34,732 nucleotides of DNA, taken from a virus (lineage: Duplodnaviria; Caudoviricetes). Below are positions 17,099-27,042 of the stretch, piece after piece (the stretch's first letter is position 1; each line of letters opens with the position of its first letter). Below the pieces are notes generated by a model that had not been told where the DNA came from, ran no database searches, and saw only the letters and a list, made by a program, of their open reading frames with translations. The stretch covers positions 1-34,732 of IMG/VR virus record IMGVR_UViG_3300020043_001476, one strand, 5' to 3'. The translations under genes were made by a program, and so were the position numbers.

Positions 17099-18580
17099 AT
17101 GGCACTCACCGCACTCAGAATCCCCCCAGGCGTGTACCGCAATGGTACTGAATATCAGTCAGCCGGGCGGTGGTTTGACGCCAACCTGGTTCGCTGGTTT
17201 GAGGGTACTTTGCGTCCCATTGGCGGTTGGCGCAAGAGATCGAACAGTCAACTGACTGGGTCATGCCGGGGACTGATCACTTGGCGCGACAACTCAGGGG
17301 ACCGCTGGATCGCCGCCGGGACTCATTCAAAGCTGTATGCCATGAATGAGGCAGGCACTTTGAAAGACATTACGCCGACAGGTTTGACTGTTGGCATTGC
17401 TGACGCAGCCACCAAGACCGGGTACGGGTACTCCACTTATGGCAACTTTGCCTATGGTGTCCAGCGCCCAGACACCGGCAGCATCACGCCAGCAACGACC
17501 TGGAGTCTGGATACCTGGGGCGAGTACTTGGTCGCCTGCTCAGACGCTGATGGCAATCTCTACGAGTGGCAGTTGGGGTTCTCAACACCAACCCTGGCCG
17601 CTGCCATCACCAACGCGCCAACGAGTTGCAATGCCGTGATGACAACGGCAGAGCGCTTTGTCTTTGCGCTGGGTGCTGGTGGCAATCCTCGCAAGGTGCA
17701 GTGGTGTGACCAAGAGAACAACACTACTTGGACACCGGCAGCCACCAACCAGGCAGGTGACTTTGAGCTGCAAACTGTCGGGTCATTGAAGGCAGGCAAG
17801 CGCGTGCGCGGTGTCAATTTGCTTTTCACTGATGTCGATGTCCACGTCAGCACCTACATTGGTTTGCCTTACGTCTATTCATTTGAGAAGGCCGGGTCTG
17901 GTTGTGGCTTGATCTCTTCCCAGGCCGTTGCGGCCATTGACACTGCCGCGATCTGGATGAGCAAATCTGGTTTCTGGGTTTATGACGGTTACGTCAAGCC
18001 ACTGGTGTCTGACGTTGGTGACTACATCTTCCAAAACATCAATTACAACCAGGCCAGCAAGATCTACGCGATCCACAACTCCAAATATGGCGAGATCATC
18101 TGGTGCTACCCGTCAAGCCAGTCAAATGAGAATGACTCATATGTCACCTACAACTACCGCGAGAACCACTGGGCCATTGGCTCACTGTCTCGCACGGCTG
18201 GCACTGACCGTGGGGTCTACTTGAACCCGCTGATGGTTTCGTCTGACGGGTACATCTACGAGCATGAGGTTGGCTTTGCCTATGACTCTGTCGCGCCTTA
18301 CGCTGAGTCTGGCCCTGTGGAGATCGGAACGGGTGAGCAGGTGATGAGCGTGCGTCAGTTGATCCCTGATGAGCAGACATTGGGCGAGGTCGTTGTGTCC
18401 TTCAAGACCCGCATGTACCCCACTGCCACAGAGACAACTTATGGCCCCTACTCTGCCAGCGAACCAACCAGCGTGCGGTTTTCTGGGCGCCAGGTCAAGG
18501 TCAGGTACACCGGGGCAGTGCTTGATGACTGGCGTGTCGGCTTGAATCGTTTGGACGTGTTACCCGCTGGCAAGCGTTGA
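17099..18580 (+). CDS. Tail hub / packaged-DNA stabilisation protein (P22 gp10-like)
   Basis: About 490 aa, Trp/Gly-rich beta-propeller-like (VQWCDQEN, GCGLIS, YNYRENHW); precedes the ejection genes. Confidence 0.75.
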   Translation: MALTALRIPPGVYRNGTEYQSAGRWFDANLVRWFEGTLRPIGGWRKRSNSQLTGSCRGLITWRDNSGDRWIAAGTHSKLYAMNEAGTLKDITPTGLTVGIADAATKTGYGYSTYGNFAYGVQRPDTGSITPATTWSLDTWGEYLVACSDADGNLYEWQLGFSTPTLAAAITNAPTSCNAVMTTAERFVFALGAGGNPRKVQWCDQENNTTWTPAATNQAGDFELQTVGSLKAGKRVRGVNLLFTDVDVHVSTYIGLPYVYSFEKAGSGCGLISSQAVAAIDTAAIWMSKSGFWVYDGYVKPLVSDVGDYIFQNINYNQASKIYAIHNSKYGEIIWCYPSSQSNENDSYVTYNYRENHWAIGSLSRTAGTDRGVYLNPLMVSSDGYIYEHEVGFAYDSVAPYAESGPVEIGTGEQVMSVRQLIPDEQTLGEVVVSFKTRMYPTATETTYGPYSASEPTSVRFSGRQVKVRYTGAVLDDWRVGLNRLDVLPAGKR

Positions 18581-18596
18581 GGCTTAAAATTTGACC

Positions 18597-18998
18597 ATGA
18601 AAGACATCAGACAAATCCTCACCGAAGACCTGGCGAAGAACTATGCCGGTTTCGCTGTCACTGTGGATGCCTACTTTGATGGTCTGATGAATTCACCCAA
18701 GACGGGCAACTTTGTTGTGCGCCAGGGTGACACTCTGATCCTGACAAAGAAGATCGAAAACAACGGCATCGAATTTCATTGCATCAACGGTGAGCGTGCA
18801 AAAGACCTTGTGTCCAACGTGCAGAAGTACCTCGATGACTTGAATGATCATGGGTATGACTTTGCAGTCACGTTCTACGACAACCCCAGGATCAATGACT
18901 TGATTGCACAAATCACCTACCCATCAGAAATCAAGAAGATCGATGATGGATTGTTCAGAACATACGAAGCCAAAATGAGGTTCAAATGGGCGCATTAA
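18597..18998 (+). CDS. Hypothetical protein at the P22 gp14/T7 gp13 position (possible GNAT-like fold)
   Basis: Lies between tail hub and ejection proteins; alpha/beta pattern. Fold is inference only. Confidence 0.6.
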   Translation: MKDIRQILTEDLAKNYAGFAVTVDAYFDGLMNSPKTGNFVVRQGDTLILTKKIENNGIEFHCINGERAKDLVSNVQKYLDDLNDHGYDFAVTFYDNPRINDLIAQITYPSEIKKIDDGLFRTYEAKMRFKWAH

Positions 18999-20335
18999 AT
19001 CAATTAGGCAGTGCCGCAAGCAGTTTTGTGGCTGACCCTATCGGCAGCACCAGCAATGCTCTGGCAAAGGTGGATAAAGACTTGAGCTTGTCTCAGAATG
19101 CGCCACTGATTGCGGCTGGTACTGCTGCATATTTCGGTGCTCCATACATTATGAATGCGTTGGGTGGTGCTGGGGCGGCTGGTGCTGCTGGCGCAGGAGC
19201 TGCCGATCTGGCCGCATATGATGCCATCGCTGGGCTGACTGCTGGCGGCGCAGGTGCTGCCGGTGCTGGTGGCCTTGCCGGTCTTTTGGGAAGCGCCGCA
19301 AGTGGTGTTGGCGGTTTCCTGAGCAACATTACTCCAGGCCAAGCCTTGACGGGTGCAGCTCTGGCCGCAAAGGCATTGGGCGGCTCTGGCAGCACACCGT
19401 CATCTTCCACAAGCTCAACGTCCATCGATCCTGACATTAAGGCTGCATATCTCCAGCAGTTGGCTGATGCCAGAACCGCTGCGGCAGGTCTTGGCACAAG
19501 GCAGTTTGAGGGGTTCACCCCAGGCTATGCCACGGCAGAGCAGCAGCTCACGGCCACCGGCATTGGCGGTGCAGGTCAGCAGACAACCAACCGGGCTGCC
19601 GAGCTGGCACTCGCAGAGGCTGGCTACACGCCCCAGCAGATCCAGGCCATGACGGGTGCTCAGTACATGAGTGCCTATCAAAACCCTTACGAGAATCAAG
19701 TGGTGCAGGGTACGCTGGCAGACATTGAGCGTCAGCGCCAGATCTCTCAGCAGGCACAGCAGGCCAGGGCAGTTGGCGCCAGGGCATTTGGTGGCTCGCG
19801 TCAGGCAGTGGCAGAGGCCATCGCCAATGAAGACTACATGCGCCAGGCAGCCAACACTGCGGCCCAGTTGCGCTCTGCCGGGTTCACCACGGCTGCCGGG
19901 TTCGGCCAGACTGATGCTGCCAGGGCCATGGAAGCGGCCAGGGCCAACGCTGCCAACCAGATCGCTGGTGCTGGCATTCGCCAGACTGCTGTGGGCCAGT
20001 TGGGTGCTTTGGGTGCCCAGCAGCAAAACCTTGGCATGACGGGTGCGCAGGCCGTGATGACTGCCGAGCAGCAACGCCAGCAGTTGGCCCAGGCGCGGCT
20101 TGACGCTGCACGCAACTTGGCCTCTGAGCGCCTTGGCCTGACTGGCAGTGCCCTGGGGCAGAACGTGCCCAACCTTGGCGGTACGACAACCACGCCGATC
20201 TACCGCAACCCCACAGTCAGCGGCCTTGGCGGTGCTCTTGGTGGCGCTGAATTGGGTAAATTGATAGGTGGCACTAACAACCCTCAGTACGCAGGTTATG
20301 GCGCAATCCTTGGCGGTTTGCTGGGTCTAGGTTAA
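18986..20335 (+). CDS. DNA ejection / internal virion protein 1
   Basis: Ala/Gly/Gln-rich; YQNPYENQVV...GAFGGSR-like motif; hydrophobic Gly-rich termini. Confidence 0.75.
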   Translation: MGALNQLGSAASSFVADPIGSTSNALAKVDKDLSLSQNAPLIAAGTAAYFGAPYIMNALGGAGAAGAAGAGAADLAAYDAIAGLTAGGAGAAGAGGLAGLLGSAASGVGGFLSNITPGQALTGAALAAKALGGSGSTPSSSTSSTSIDPDIKAAYLQQLADARTAAAGLGTRQFEGFTPGYATAEQQLTATGIGGAGQQTTNRAAELALAEAGYTPQQIQAMTGAQYMSAYQNPYENQVVQGTLADIERQRQISQQAQQARAVGARAFGGSRQAVAEAIANEDYMRQAANTAAQLRSAGFTTAAGFGQTDAARAMEAARANAANQIAGAGIRQTAVGQLGALGAQQQNLGMTGAQAVMTAEQQRQQLAQARLDAARNLASERLGLTGSALGQNVPNLGGTTTTPIYRNPTVSGLGGALGGAELGKLIGGTNNPQYAGYGAILGGLLGLG

Positions 20336-20347
20336 GGAATCAACATC

Positions 20348-22054
20348 ATGGCAACAATGAACATGGGCTTGCTGGGTGACTTGTTTGGTGGCGGCACGTC
20401 TGCCCTGAGCGAGTACCTAACCCCCCAACAGCAAGAGTCGATGCAGCGCCAAGCGCTGCTGTCCACCGCTGCGGCCCTGCTCCAAGCTGGTGGCCCATCT
20501 GCCACTCCCATCTCACTGGGCCAAGCGCTTGGTGCAGGCTTGCAGGCTGGTACTTCATCCTATGGCAAGGCCCAAGAGGGTGCGATTCAGCAGTTGCTGG
20601 TGCGCCAGAAACTCGATGAGGCAAAACGCGCACAGACAACTCTAGAGGCGTATCAAAGATTTATCGCAGGTCAACCAACTCAAGGTCAGGCCATTACGCC
20701 TGAGCAGGCCATCTCCATGCCTGGGATGCCTGTCGGCCCAACAGTTGACCGTGCAGCCTTGATCGGTCAACCTGGTCCAAGCGTTACCCCAGATGGTCGC
20801 AGTGCTTTGACTCCAGAAATGCGCAATGTATTGAGATTTTTACCTCCTGATAAAGGCATCCCTGAAGTTATGAAGTTAATGCAGCCACAAGAAGTGACTG
20901 GCGACATCTTCACCTCAAAGGATGGGAAACAATACCAACGAACAAAGACGGGTCAATTTGTACCGATCCCAACTGGGTTGGAGTTTTCCCAGGAGACTGT
21001 CGGAGAACCATTCAGAGCTGCTGACGGTAACTTCTATTTGCGCACCAAGACTGGTGGCTTTGTACCGGCACCACAAGCGTTGGCGGCTAAACCTGTCGGC
21101 GCTCCTCAACAAGTAATGGGCGCTGATCGCAAACCAACTCTTGTGCAGATGTATGACGATGGAACCTTCAAGCCCATCACTGGCGTTTCACCATTGATCC
21201 CACCAGAAAAGATTGACACTGGCGGTGGAATAAGGTTTGAAAATCCTTACGAAATTAAGCCCGGCACAGTGTTTCCAAAGACAATTACACCTCAAGTGGT
21301 TGGCGGTGCAGAGACGGGTTACTACATAGTCGGTGGCGGTGGCGGTGCTGGCCGAGGTGCTGGCCTGGCCGCGCCCATGCCTGCGCCTGCTGGTGCGCCT
21401 GGTGCTGTTGCAGCGCCCACCGTACCAGGTGCTGCACCTCGCGCACCTATGGCCCCGGCTGCTGGCGCTGCTGCACCTACTGGCCCCCAGCCCATCATCC
21501 CCGGCACTGGCAAAGCATTCGGCAACGAGAAGGATCTGCGCTCTGAATTCACTGCCCAGATGAAACCTTACGTTGAGCTGGCGCAGGCATTTCGGAAAGT
21601 TGAAGCGGCTGCGCTTAATCCATCAGCAGCGGGTGACATTTCCCTGGTCTATGGTTACATGAAGATCCTTGACCCTGGATCAACCGTGATGCAAGGCGAG
21701 CAAGCAACTGCGCAAAATGCTGGTGGCGTACCAGATCGAATTCGCGCCACATACAACAAGGCTTTGACTGGAGAGTCCCTTGCAGATAACGTGAGGCTAG
21801 ATTTCTATGCTCAGGCTAGAAATTTGATTGAGTCACAACGTCAAATGGCAGCAGATGTTGGTGACAGATACAGGCAGTACGCCGATGCATACAAACTGGA
21901 CTCAAACCAGATCGTGTTTGATCCATTCAAGCGCATCAAGACCCCGGCAGAGATTGCTGCTGATGCTGCCAAGGCAACACCTGCTGGAACTACCAAAGCG
22001 GCACCTGCGCCTTCATACGTCAATCAATTCAACCTTATCCCGAGGCCCAAATAA
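20348..22054 (+). CDS. DNA ejection / internal virion protein 2
   Basis: AAGGA RBS; Ala/Gln/Pro-rich; internal 34-aa repeats; C-terminal GDISLVYGYMKILDPGSTV domain. Confidence 0.7.
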   Translation: MATMNMGLLGDLFGGGTSALSEYLTPQQQESMQRQALLSTAAALLQAGGPSATPISLGQALGAGLQAGTSSYGKAQEGAIQQLLVRQKLDEAKRAQTTLEAYQRFIAGQPTQGQAITPEQAISMPGMPVGPTVDRAALIGQPGPSVTPDGRSALTPEMRNVLRFLPPDKGIPEVMKLMQPQEVTGDIFTSKDGKQYQRTKTGQFVPIPTGLEFSQETVGEPFRAADGNFYLRTKTGGFVPAPQALAAKPVGAPQQVMGADRKPTLVQMYDDGTFKPITGVSPLIPPEKIDTGGGIRFENPYEIKPGTVFPKTITPQVVGGAETGYYIVGGGGGAGRGAGLAAPMPAPAGAPGAVAAPTVPGAAPRAPMAPAAGAAAPTGPQPIIPGTGKAFGNEKDLRSEFTAQMKPYVELAQAFRKVEAAALNPSAAGDISLVYGYMKILDPGSTVMQGEQATAQNAGGVPDRIRATYNKALTGESLADNVRLDFYAQARNLIESQRQMAADVGDRYRQYADAYKLDSNQIVFDPFKRIKTPAEIAADAAKATPAGTTKAAPAPSYVNQFNLIPRPK

Positions 22055-24063
22055 TGGCTACGCAACCAAACATTGAGCGCGTGCAAGAAAACGTGCGCAG
22101 AATGCAGGCTCAGAATGCAACTCAGGACGATGTTGTCGGATACCTAAAGACTGAGGGTTACACCCCGACCAGGTTTGAGGCAGCAGTTGCAAGCGCAAAA
22201 AAGGTTGGCGGGCCACCTGTTGAAGCTGGCTTTGGCCGGTCTTTGCTTCAAGGCTTGACGTTCAATACTGCCGATGAGATCGAGGCCGCATTCAGAGCTG
22301 GGGCCATCAGCGGCCCTGAGTACCAGAATCAATTGTCACGGGTCCGCGCTGGCATCAAGCAGTACGAGGAACAGTACCCTGGCCGCGCCTTCACGGGTGA
22401 GCTTGTTGGCGGTTTGCTGCCTACGGCTGCGGCCCTGATTGCGGCTCCATTCACTGGCGGTGCTACGGCTCCAGCAGCAGCAGCCGGTGCAGCTCGCACT
22501 GCTGCCGCAATTCCAACCCTGGGCCAGACAATGGCTCGAGGTCTGGGCTATGGCGCGGCATCAGGTGCGGCTGCCGGTGCTGGCGGTGCTACTGGTGGAC
22601 TTGAGAGCAGGGGAATGGGTGCGCTGATGGGCGCTGGCTTTGGTACTGTCCTGGGCGGTGCTGCACCAGCAGTGACCAGCACCATTGGAACTGGTGCGCG
22701 CAAGTTTGCGCAGGCCACCGGCATGACTCAGCCAATAAGCGCTACTGACAAGGCGCGTGAGTTGATTGCCAAGAAGTTGGCCCAAGAGGGTATATCACCA
22801 GAAGAACTGGCGGCACGCCAGGCCGCTGTGGTGAAGGCCCTTGGGGGCAGGGACGAGACGCTGGCAGACATTGGCGGTGAGTCAATGCGCCGCCTGGCGC
22901 GTGGCTCGATGGCAATCCCCAATGCTGCGCAGACAGATGTGCGCCAGATGCTGACAGAGCGTGCCATTGGCGCCGGTCCTCGAATCACTCAAGACATTAC
23001 CGACCTCACGGCCATTGGTGCGCGTGACATTGGTGATGTGGCTGAAGAGATCATCCAGCGCAGAAGAGATGCGGCTGCACCTTTGTACAAGCAAGCATTT
23101 GAGGCCGGTGAGGTTTACTCTCCAAGAATTGACGAGCTGCTTGCAAAGTCAAAGGATATAAAGACTGCAATTGAAACTGCTCGCGGCCTACCCCAGTTTG
23201 CTGACTTACCTGCCAACTCAATGTTGCTGCTGGATAAGGCTTACAAGTATGTGGGAGACATGGCAAACGAGGCCAGGAAAGCTGGAAAGGGAAGTCGAGC
23301 AAATGATCTAGACACTTTGCGCAATGACTTGCTTGATGCCATTGCAAACAAAGAAACCGGCATCCCAGTCTATCGTGATGCAGTCAATACATTTGCCAGC
23401 GACTCATTGCTCAAGGACGCGCTTGAGCTGGGTGCAAAGAACTTCTTGCGCAAGACACCGGCAGAGATCAACCGCGAGATCAAGAAATTCCCAGGTGACG
23501 CAGAGCAGCAGATGTATCGCCTGGGTGCGGTGCAATCAGTGCGTGACGAGATCTATGGGATGCGCGAGACGGGCAACATCGCTGACAAATTCCTCAACTC
23601 GCGTGAGATGCGTGACCGTATGCGTACAGTCTTCAACTCTCAAGGCGAGTACGAGGCATTTGTCAAGAACCTTGAGCGTGAGCGCCAGATGGCCGTGACC
23701 AGGGGGAAAATTGAGGGTAATTCAGTTACTACTCCATTGGCTCAGGATGTTGCTGAGATAACTGCTCAATCGCCATCAGAGATGCTGCGAGCTGGCGCTC
23801 AGATGGCCGGTGGAGACTTAATGGGTGGAGCTACCAACTTGATGCGTCAGCTCGCGCCTCGCCTTCAAGGCATGAACGAAAACGTGGCAGAGCAGATCTC
23901 TCGCAGCGTGCTCGATCCCAGGTTCAACCAACAGCAAGAATTTTTGTTAGGCTTGACTCCATTGATGGACCAACTGCGCAGACAAGCGCTGCAACAGCAG
24001 ACCCGTGCTGTTGGCACGTCCACAAGCGCAGGCCAGATGGTCCCAGGCTTACTCGCAGATTGA
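22054..24063 (+). CDS. DNA ejection / internal virion protein 3
   Basis: QGLTFNTADEIEA motif, Ala/Gly-rich hydrophobic region, long helical C-terminus. Confidence 0.72.
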   Translation: MATQPNIERVQENVRRMQAQNATQDDVVGYLKTEGYTPTRFEAAVASAKKVGGPPVEAGFGRSLLQGLTFNTADEIEAAFRAGAISGPEYQNQLSRVRAGIKQYEEQYPGRAFTGELVGGLLPTAAALIAAPFTGGATAPAAAAGAARTAAAIPTLGQTMARGLGYGAASGAAAGAGGATGGLESRGMGALMGAGFGTVLGGAAPAVTSTIGTGARKFAQATGMTQPISATDKARELIAKKLAQEGISPEELAARQAAVVKALGGRDETLADIGGESMRRLARGSMAIPNAAQTDVRQMLTERAIGAGPRITQDITDLTAIGARDIGDVAEEIIQRRRDAAAPLYKQAFEAGEVYSPRIDELLAKSKDIKTAIETARGLPQFADLPANSMLLLDKAYKYVGDMANEARKAGKGSRANDLDTLRNDLLDAIANKETGIPVYRDAVNTFASDSLLKDALELGAKNFLRKTPAEINREIKKFPGDAEQQMYRLGAVQSVRDEIYGMRETGNIADKFLNSREMRDRMRTVFNSQGEYEAFVKNLERERQMAVTRGKIEGNSVTTPLAQDVAEITAQSPSEMLRAGAQMAGGDLMGGATNLMRQLAPRLQGMNENVAEQISRSVLDPRFNQQQEFLLGLTPLMDQLRRQALQQQTRAVGTSTSAGQMVPGLLAD

Positions 24064-24069
24064 GGTGAA

Positions 24070-25692
24070 ATGATGGCAACTGGTCTACTGGATTACCTCG
24101 AGGCAATTGGTGAGACAGGTGCAACCCTGGGTAGCGGTGCCGCTGCCACATTGGCGGGGATTCCTTACGGCATCATGCAAAACATCAGGTCAGGTAAGTA
24201 CGGCACAAAGGAAGGCGTCAAGCTGGCCGACAAGGCCACTCAAGACTTCATCAAGCAGTACACCTACGCACCCCGAAGCCAGATGGCCCAGAACGCGCTG
24301 CAAAGCGTTGCTGGCCTGATGGATACGGCCAAGCTGCCACCAGTATTGCCAGAGGCCGGGTTGCTGGCCGCGATCCCCAAGGCAACATATGCCTCGCAGT
24401 TTGAGCGTGCCGGTATGGCGGCAGAGCGTGCCATGGAACCAGTCGCGGCCAACGTGATGGCGCGGGGCGGTCTGCCTGCTCAGTTGTTGCGGGATCTGAC
24501 GCAGGGGACCGTGAGAAATGTCGTGCCGCCTGATGTAGCCAGAAAATTCAATATGCCTGTCAATTTGCCTCAAAGCAAAGAGTTTTTGAAAGCAGTTGAG
24601 AATGAACCTTCCGCGCAAATTACAAATGAAGGTCTATTGATGAATTTGGTGAGGAAGCAAAGCCCTGAGCAAGCAATGGCTGAATCAGTGCGGACGGGTG
24701 TGTTTTATCTTCCGGAAGGCCAAGCGTCAAACCTAAAACACTACAAGGGTAAAAGTGGCTATGGCGGGTCAGAAATGATTGAAGGCCAAACGCTATACAA
24801 AAACCCAATATTTGTAAAAGGTGCAACGGGTGGAAAAGCACCAGCATCTGCTTATGACCAAGTTGTTGGCAAAGGCGCATATGAGGAAATGCGAAACGAT
24901 GTATTGAAATCATATGGCTACAACGCAAATCAATCTCAAAAAATTGATGCAGTGCAAGGTTTATTGCAAAAATACAATGGTTTGGACTCTGATGATGCGT
25001 ACAACATGGCCTACAACATTGTCAGCAATAGCAAAACTGGCAACACATTGCCATATGCTGTGCAAGAAAACATCGTAGGCAATGCCGTGAGAAATGCTGG
25101 TCACGATGCTGTAATCGGTTATGGGAAAGGCCGTGGCGACAAAGGTGAATTCTTCTCTGAAGTCTTTGATGTGCGAGAGCAGGCATATCCAAACACTCAA
25201 GGTGGCTACGAGTTGATGCCTCAGTTTGAAGGTTTGCTGAGTCCGATCACGCCTCAGCCAATGTATGTTGTGCCGCCTGAGAAATCAATCAAGCAAATAC
25301 CACAAAGTAAATCTTTGCTTGATATGAATCGGACTCCAAGTGAAGCAGAAATTAAAAAGGCTCCACGGGAGGACTTGATTAACTGGTTGCAAAACAATGA
25401 CCCCAATGGGACATATCTTGATCCAACTCCAGACCCTGCGGTCAATATGTATAGAACGGCAAAGGGTTATGCCATTGAGGATGCAAATACTGGCAGCGTT
25501 TCTGAATTTGGTGACTACAACAAAGCAAAACAAGAGTTTGATGCGTTGAGGTTTTCTAACTCAGAATTTCAGCCAATGACTCTCAAAGAAGCGCAAGAGT
25601 CAGCAATAAATTACTTACGCGAATCTGCTCAACCAGCAGGTGGCGGAAAATTGTTGCAGTTTGGAAGCAAGCCAAGCGGTTTACTTGACTGA
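24070..25692 (+). CDS. Putative ejected multidomain protein with ADP-ribosyltransferase-like module
   Basis: GAGGT RBS; ejection-protein-like N-terminus; LVRKQ...GVFY...GYGG...LYKNPIF...AGHDAVI...SEVFD pattern. Confidence 0.6.
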   Translation: MMATGLLDYLEAIGETGATLGSGAAATLAGIPYGIMQNIRSGKYGTKEGVKLADKATQDFIKQYTYAPRSQMAQNALQSVAGLMDTAKLPPVLPEAGLLAAIPKATYASQFERAGMAAERAMEPVAANVMARGGLPAQLLRDLTQGTVRNVVPPDVARKFNMPVNLPQSKEFLKAVENEPSAQITNEGLLMNLVRKQSPEQAMAESVRTGVFYLPEGQASNLKHYKGKSGYGGSEMIEGQTLYKNPIFVKGATGGKAPASAYDQVVGKGAYEEMRNDVLKSYGYNANQSQKIDAVQGLLQKYNGLDSDDAYNMAYNIVSNSKTGNTLPYAVQENIVGNAVRNAGHDAVIGYGKGRGDKGEFFSEVFDVREQAYPNTQGGYELMPQFEGLLSPITPQPMYVVPPEKSIKQIPQSKSLLDMNRTPSEAEIKKAPREDLINWLQNNDPNGTYLDPTPDPAVNMYRTAKGYAIEDANTGSVSEFGDYNKAKQEFDALRFSNSEFQPMTLKEAQESAINYLRESAQPAGGGKLLQFGSKPSGLLD

Positions 25693-26058
25693 TCCAAAAA
25701 ACGCAGCCACCAGAGGATCTCTCCTGATCTTCACTTTACGGCCTCGATCACGCGCCTGACGAAAGGCTTTGTCATCGAGTGACTCTTTGCGGCGCCACTT
25801 GCGCACTCTGTCGCTGACGCTGGTGGGCAAAGGCTTGATGGCATCAATGCCGATCCCGTACCTGTAAACCGCCACCGGGATACCCCTGACCTCTGACCGG
25901 GTCCACTCTTGGATGTGGACCAGGTGCTGACGGCGCAGCCGGTTGATCAGCAGCCTGGCAGACCTGTCGGTGCAATGGATCGTCTCAGCCACCTCCGCTG
26001 AGGTCAGGCCAATGTCAGTGATGGCCTTGATCAAGCGGGGGAGCTGGGCAGACTTCAT
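25681..26058 (-). CDS. HTH DNA-binding protein
   Basis: LTSAEVAETIHCTDRSARLLINRL HTH-like segment; VHIQEW; C-terminal RRDPLVAAFFG. Confidence 0.7.
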   Translation of the reverse strand: MKSAQLPRLIKAITDIGLTSAEVAETIHCTDRSARLLINRLRRQHLVHIQEWTRSEVRGIPVAVYRYGIGIDAIKPLPTSVSDRVRKWRRKESLDDKAFRQARDRGRKVKIRRDPLVAAFFGSVK

Positions 26059-26324
26059 TTGGCAGCGGCAATGACTTTAAGCTCAAGGTCTTTGACCCTC
26101 TCGCGCAAGAGCTGCATCTCCTGGTCCATGTCCCGGTATTTGCGCTCTAGGCGCTCGCGGGTGAATGTCTCGCCATGAACGTACCCGATCAGAGTGCCAT
26201 TGGTGATGGCCTTGCGGATGATCTGCTCATACTCATGGCGGTTGAGCATGACCGCGGCCATGCCGCCAGGGGCACGCATCTTGTTGACCTCGAGGTCAAT
26301 CTGTTGCTGCATTGTTTCGCTCAT
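26055..26324 (-). CDS. Hypothetical protein with C-terminal coiled coil
   Basis: ATG 26324 overlaps the upstream stop; MSETMQQQID... Confidence 0.7.
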   Translation of the reverse strand: MSETMQQQIDLEVNKMRAPGGMAAVMLNRHEYEQIIRKAITNGTLIGYVHGETFTRERLERKYRDMDQEMQLLRERVKDLELKVIAAAK

Positions 26325-26563
26325 TTTTCCCTCGCCTTCAGCATTGCGTCTGCCATCTTGTATGCCCACCATGAAACTTCACCATCTTCAATCATTGGTC
26401 GAACATTAGGGGCCGTTATAAGTGATTGCATCGCCTTTGCCGCAAAGTAGTCACGCAAACTCATGCCTGCATCTGATGAACTGGGGACGCAACCCAACTG
26501 GGCTGCCATATCTGGGTGCACGGGAAACGCTGGCCCACCTAATTCTTTGCTGTTCATACTCAA
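26321..26563 (-). CDS. Conserved small phage early protein
   Basis: GGPAFP...GMSLRDYFAAKAMQ...AYKMADAMLKAR family motif. Confidence 0.85.
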   Translation of the reverse strand: MSMNSKELGGPAFPVHPDMAAQLGCVPSSSDAGMSLRDYFAAKAMQSLITAPNVRPMIEDGEVSWWAYKMADAMLKAREK

Positions 26564-26745
26564 GCCCTCCAGACCAAGCAGTCCATCGCCACTACGATCA
26601 GGCCGATGAGGCTGATCACGCGAATGATCTTCTCAGCGGTGCTGCACTCATGGACGTGGATCTCAATGGCGGCGCCATTCTCGAGCGAGTTGGGGAATGC
26701 CTCAGTAAATGTCCTGGGGAACTTGCGGGTTGTTTCATTTGCCAT
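26560..26745 (-). CDS. Small protein with C-terminal TM
   Basis: AAGGA RBS; TRKFPRTFTEAF; hydrophobic C-terminus. Confidence 0.75.
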   Translation of the reverse strand: MANETTRKFPRTFTEAFPNSLENGAAIEIHVHECSTAEKIIRVISLIGLIVVAMDCLVWRA

Positions 26746-27016
26746 GGTTCAATTCCTTTAATTTGGTTTCGATTGCATCAACTATTTTTCTGCCGCTTTT
26801 TGACACTGGCCCACCACCGCCATTTAATCCAAAGTGATACCGCAATACATCGTCTGCCAGTATTTCCCTATCGGTCAACCCAACCCAGGGACGCTTTGAG
26901 TAACGCTCTTGAGGAGTCTGAGGAACGCCCCGAGTAATCGGCTGTATTCGATCAAACATCTTTTTTCCAAGATCATAAAATTCTTTGTCTTTGCCCGTAC
27001 TGTTGTCAATTGCCAT
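26735..27016 (-). CDS. Hypothetical early protein
   Basis: AAGGAG RBS before ATG 27016 (MAIDNSTG); WVGLTDREI...AIETKLKELN motif. Confidence 0.72.
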   Translation of the reverse strand: MAIDNSTGKDKEFYDLGKKMFDRIQPITRGVPQTPQERYSKRPWVGLTDREILADDVLRYHFGLNGGGGPVSKSGRKIVDAIETKLKELNHGK

Positions 27017-27042
27017 GATTTCACTCCTTGTTTGCATATTGA

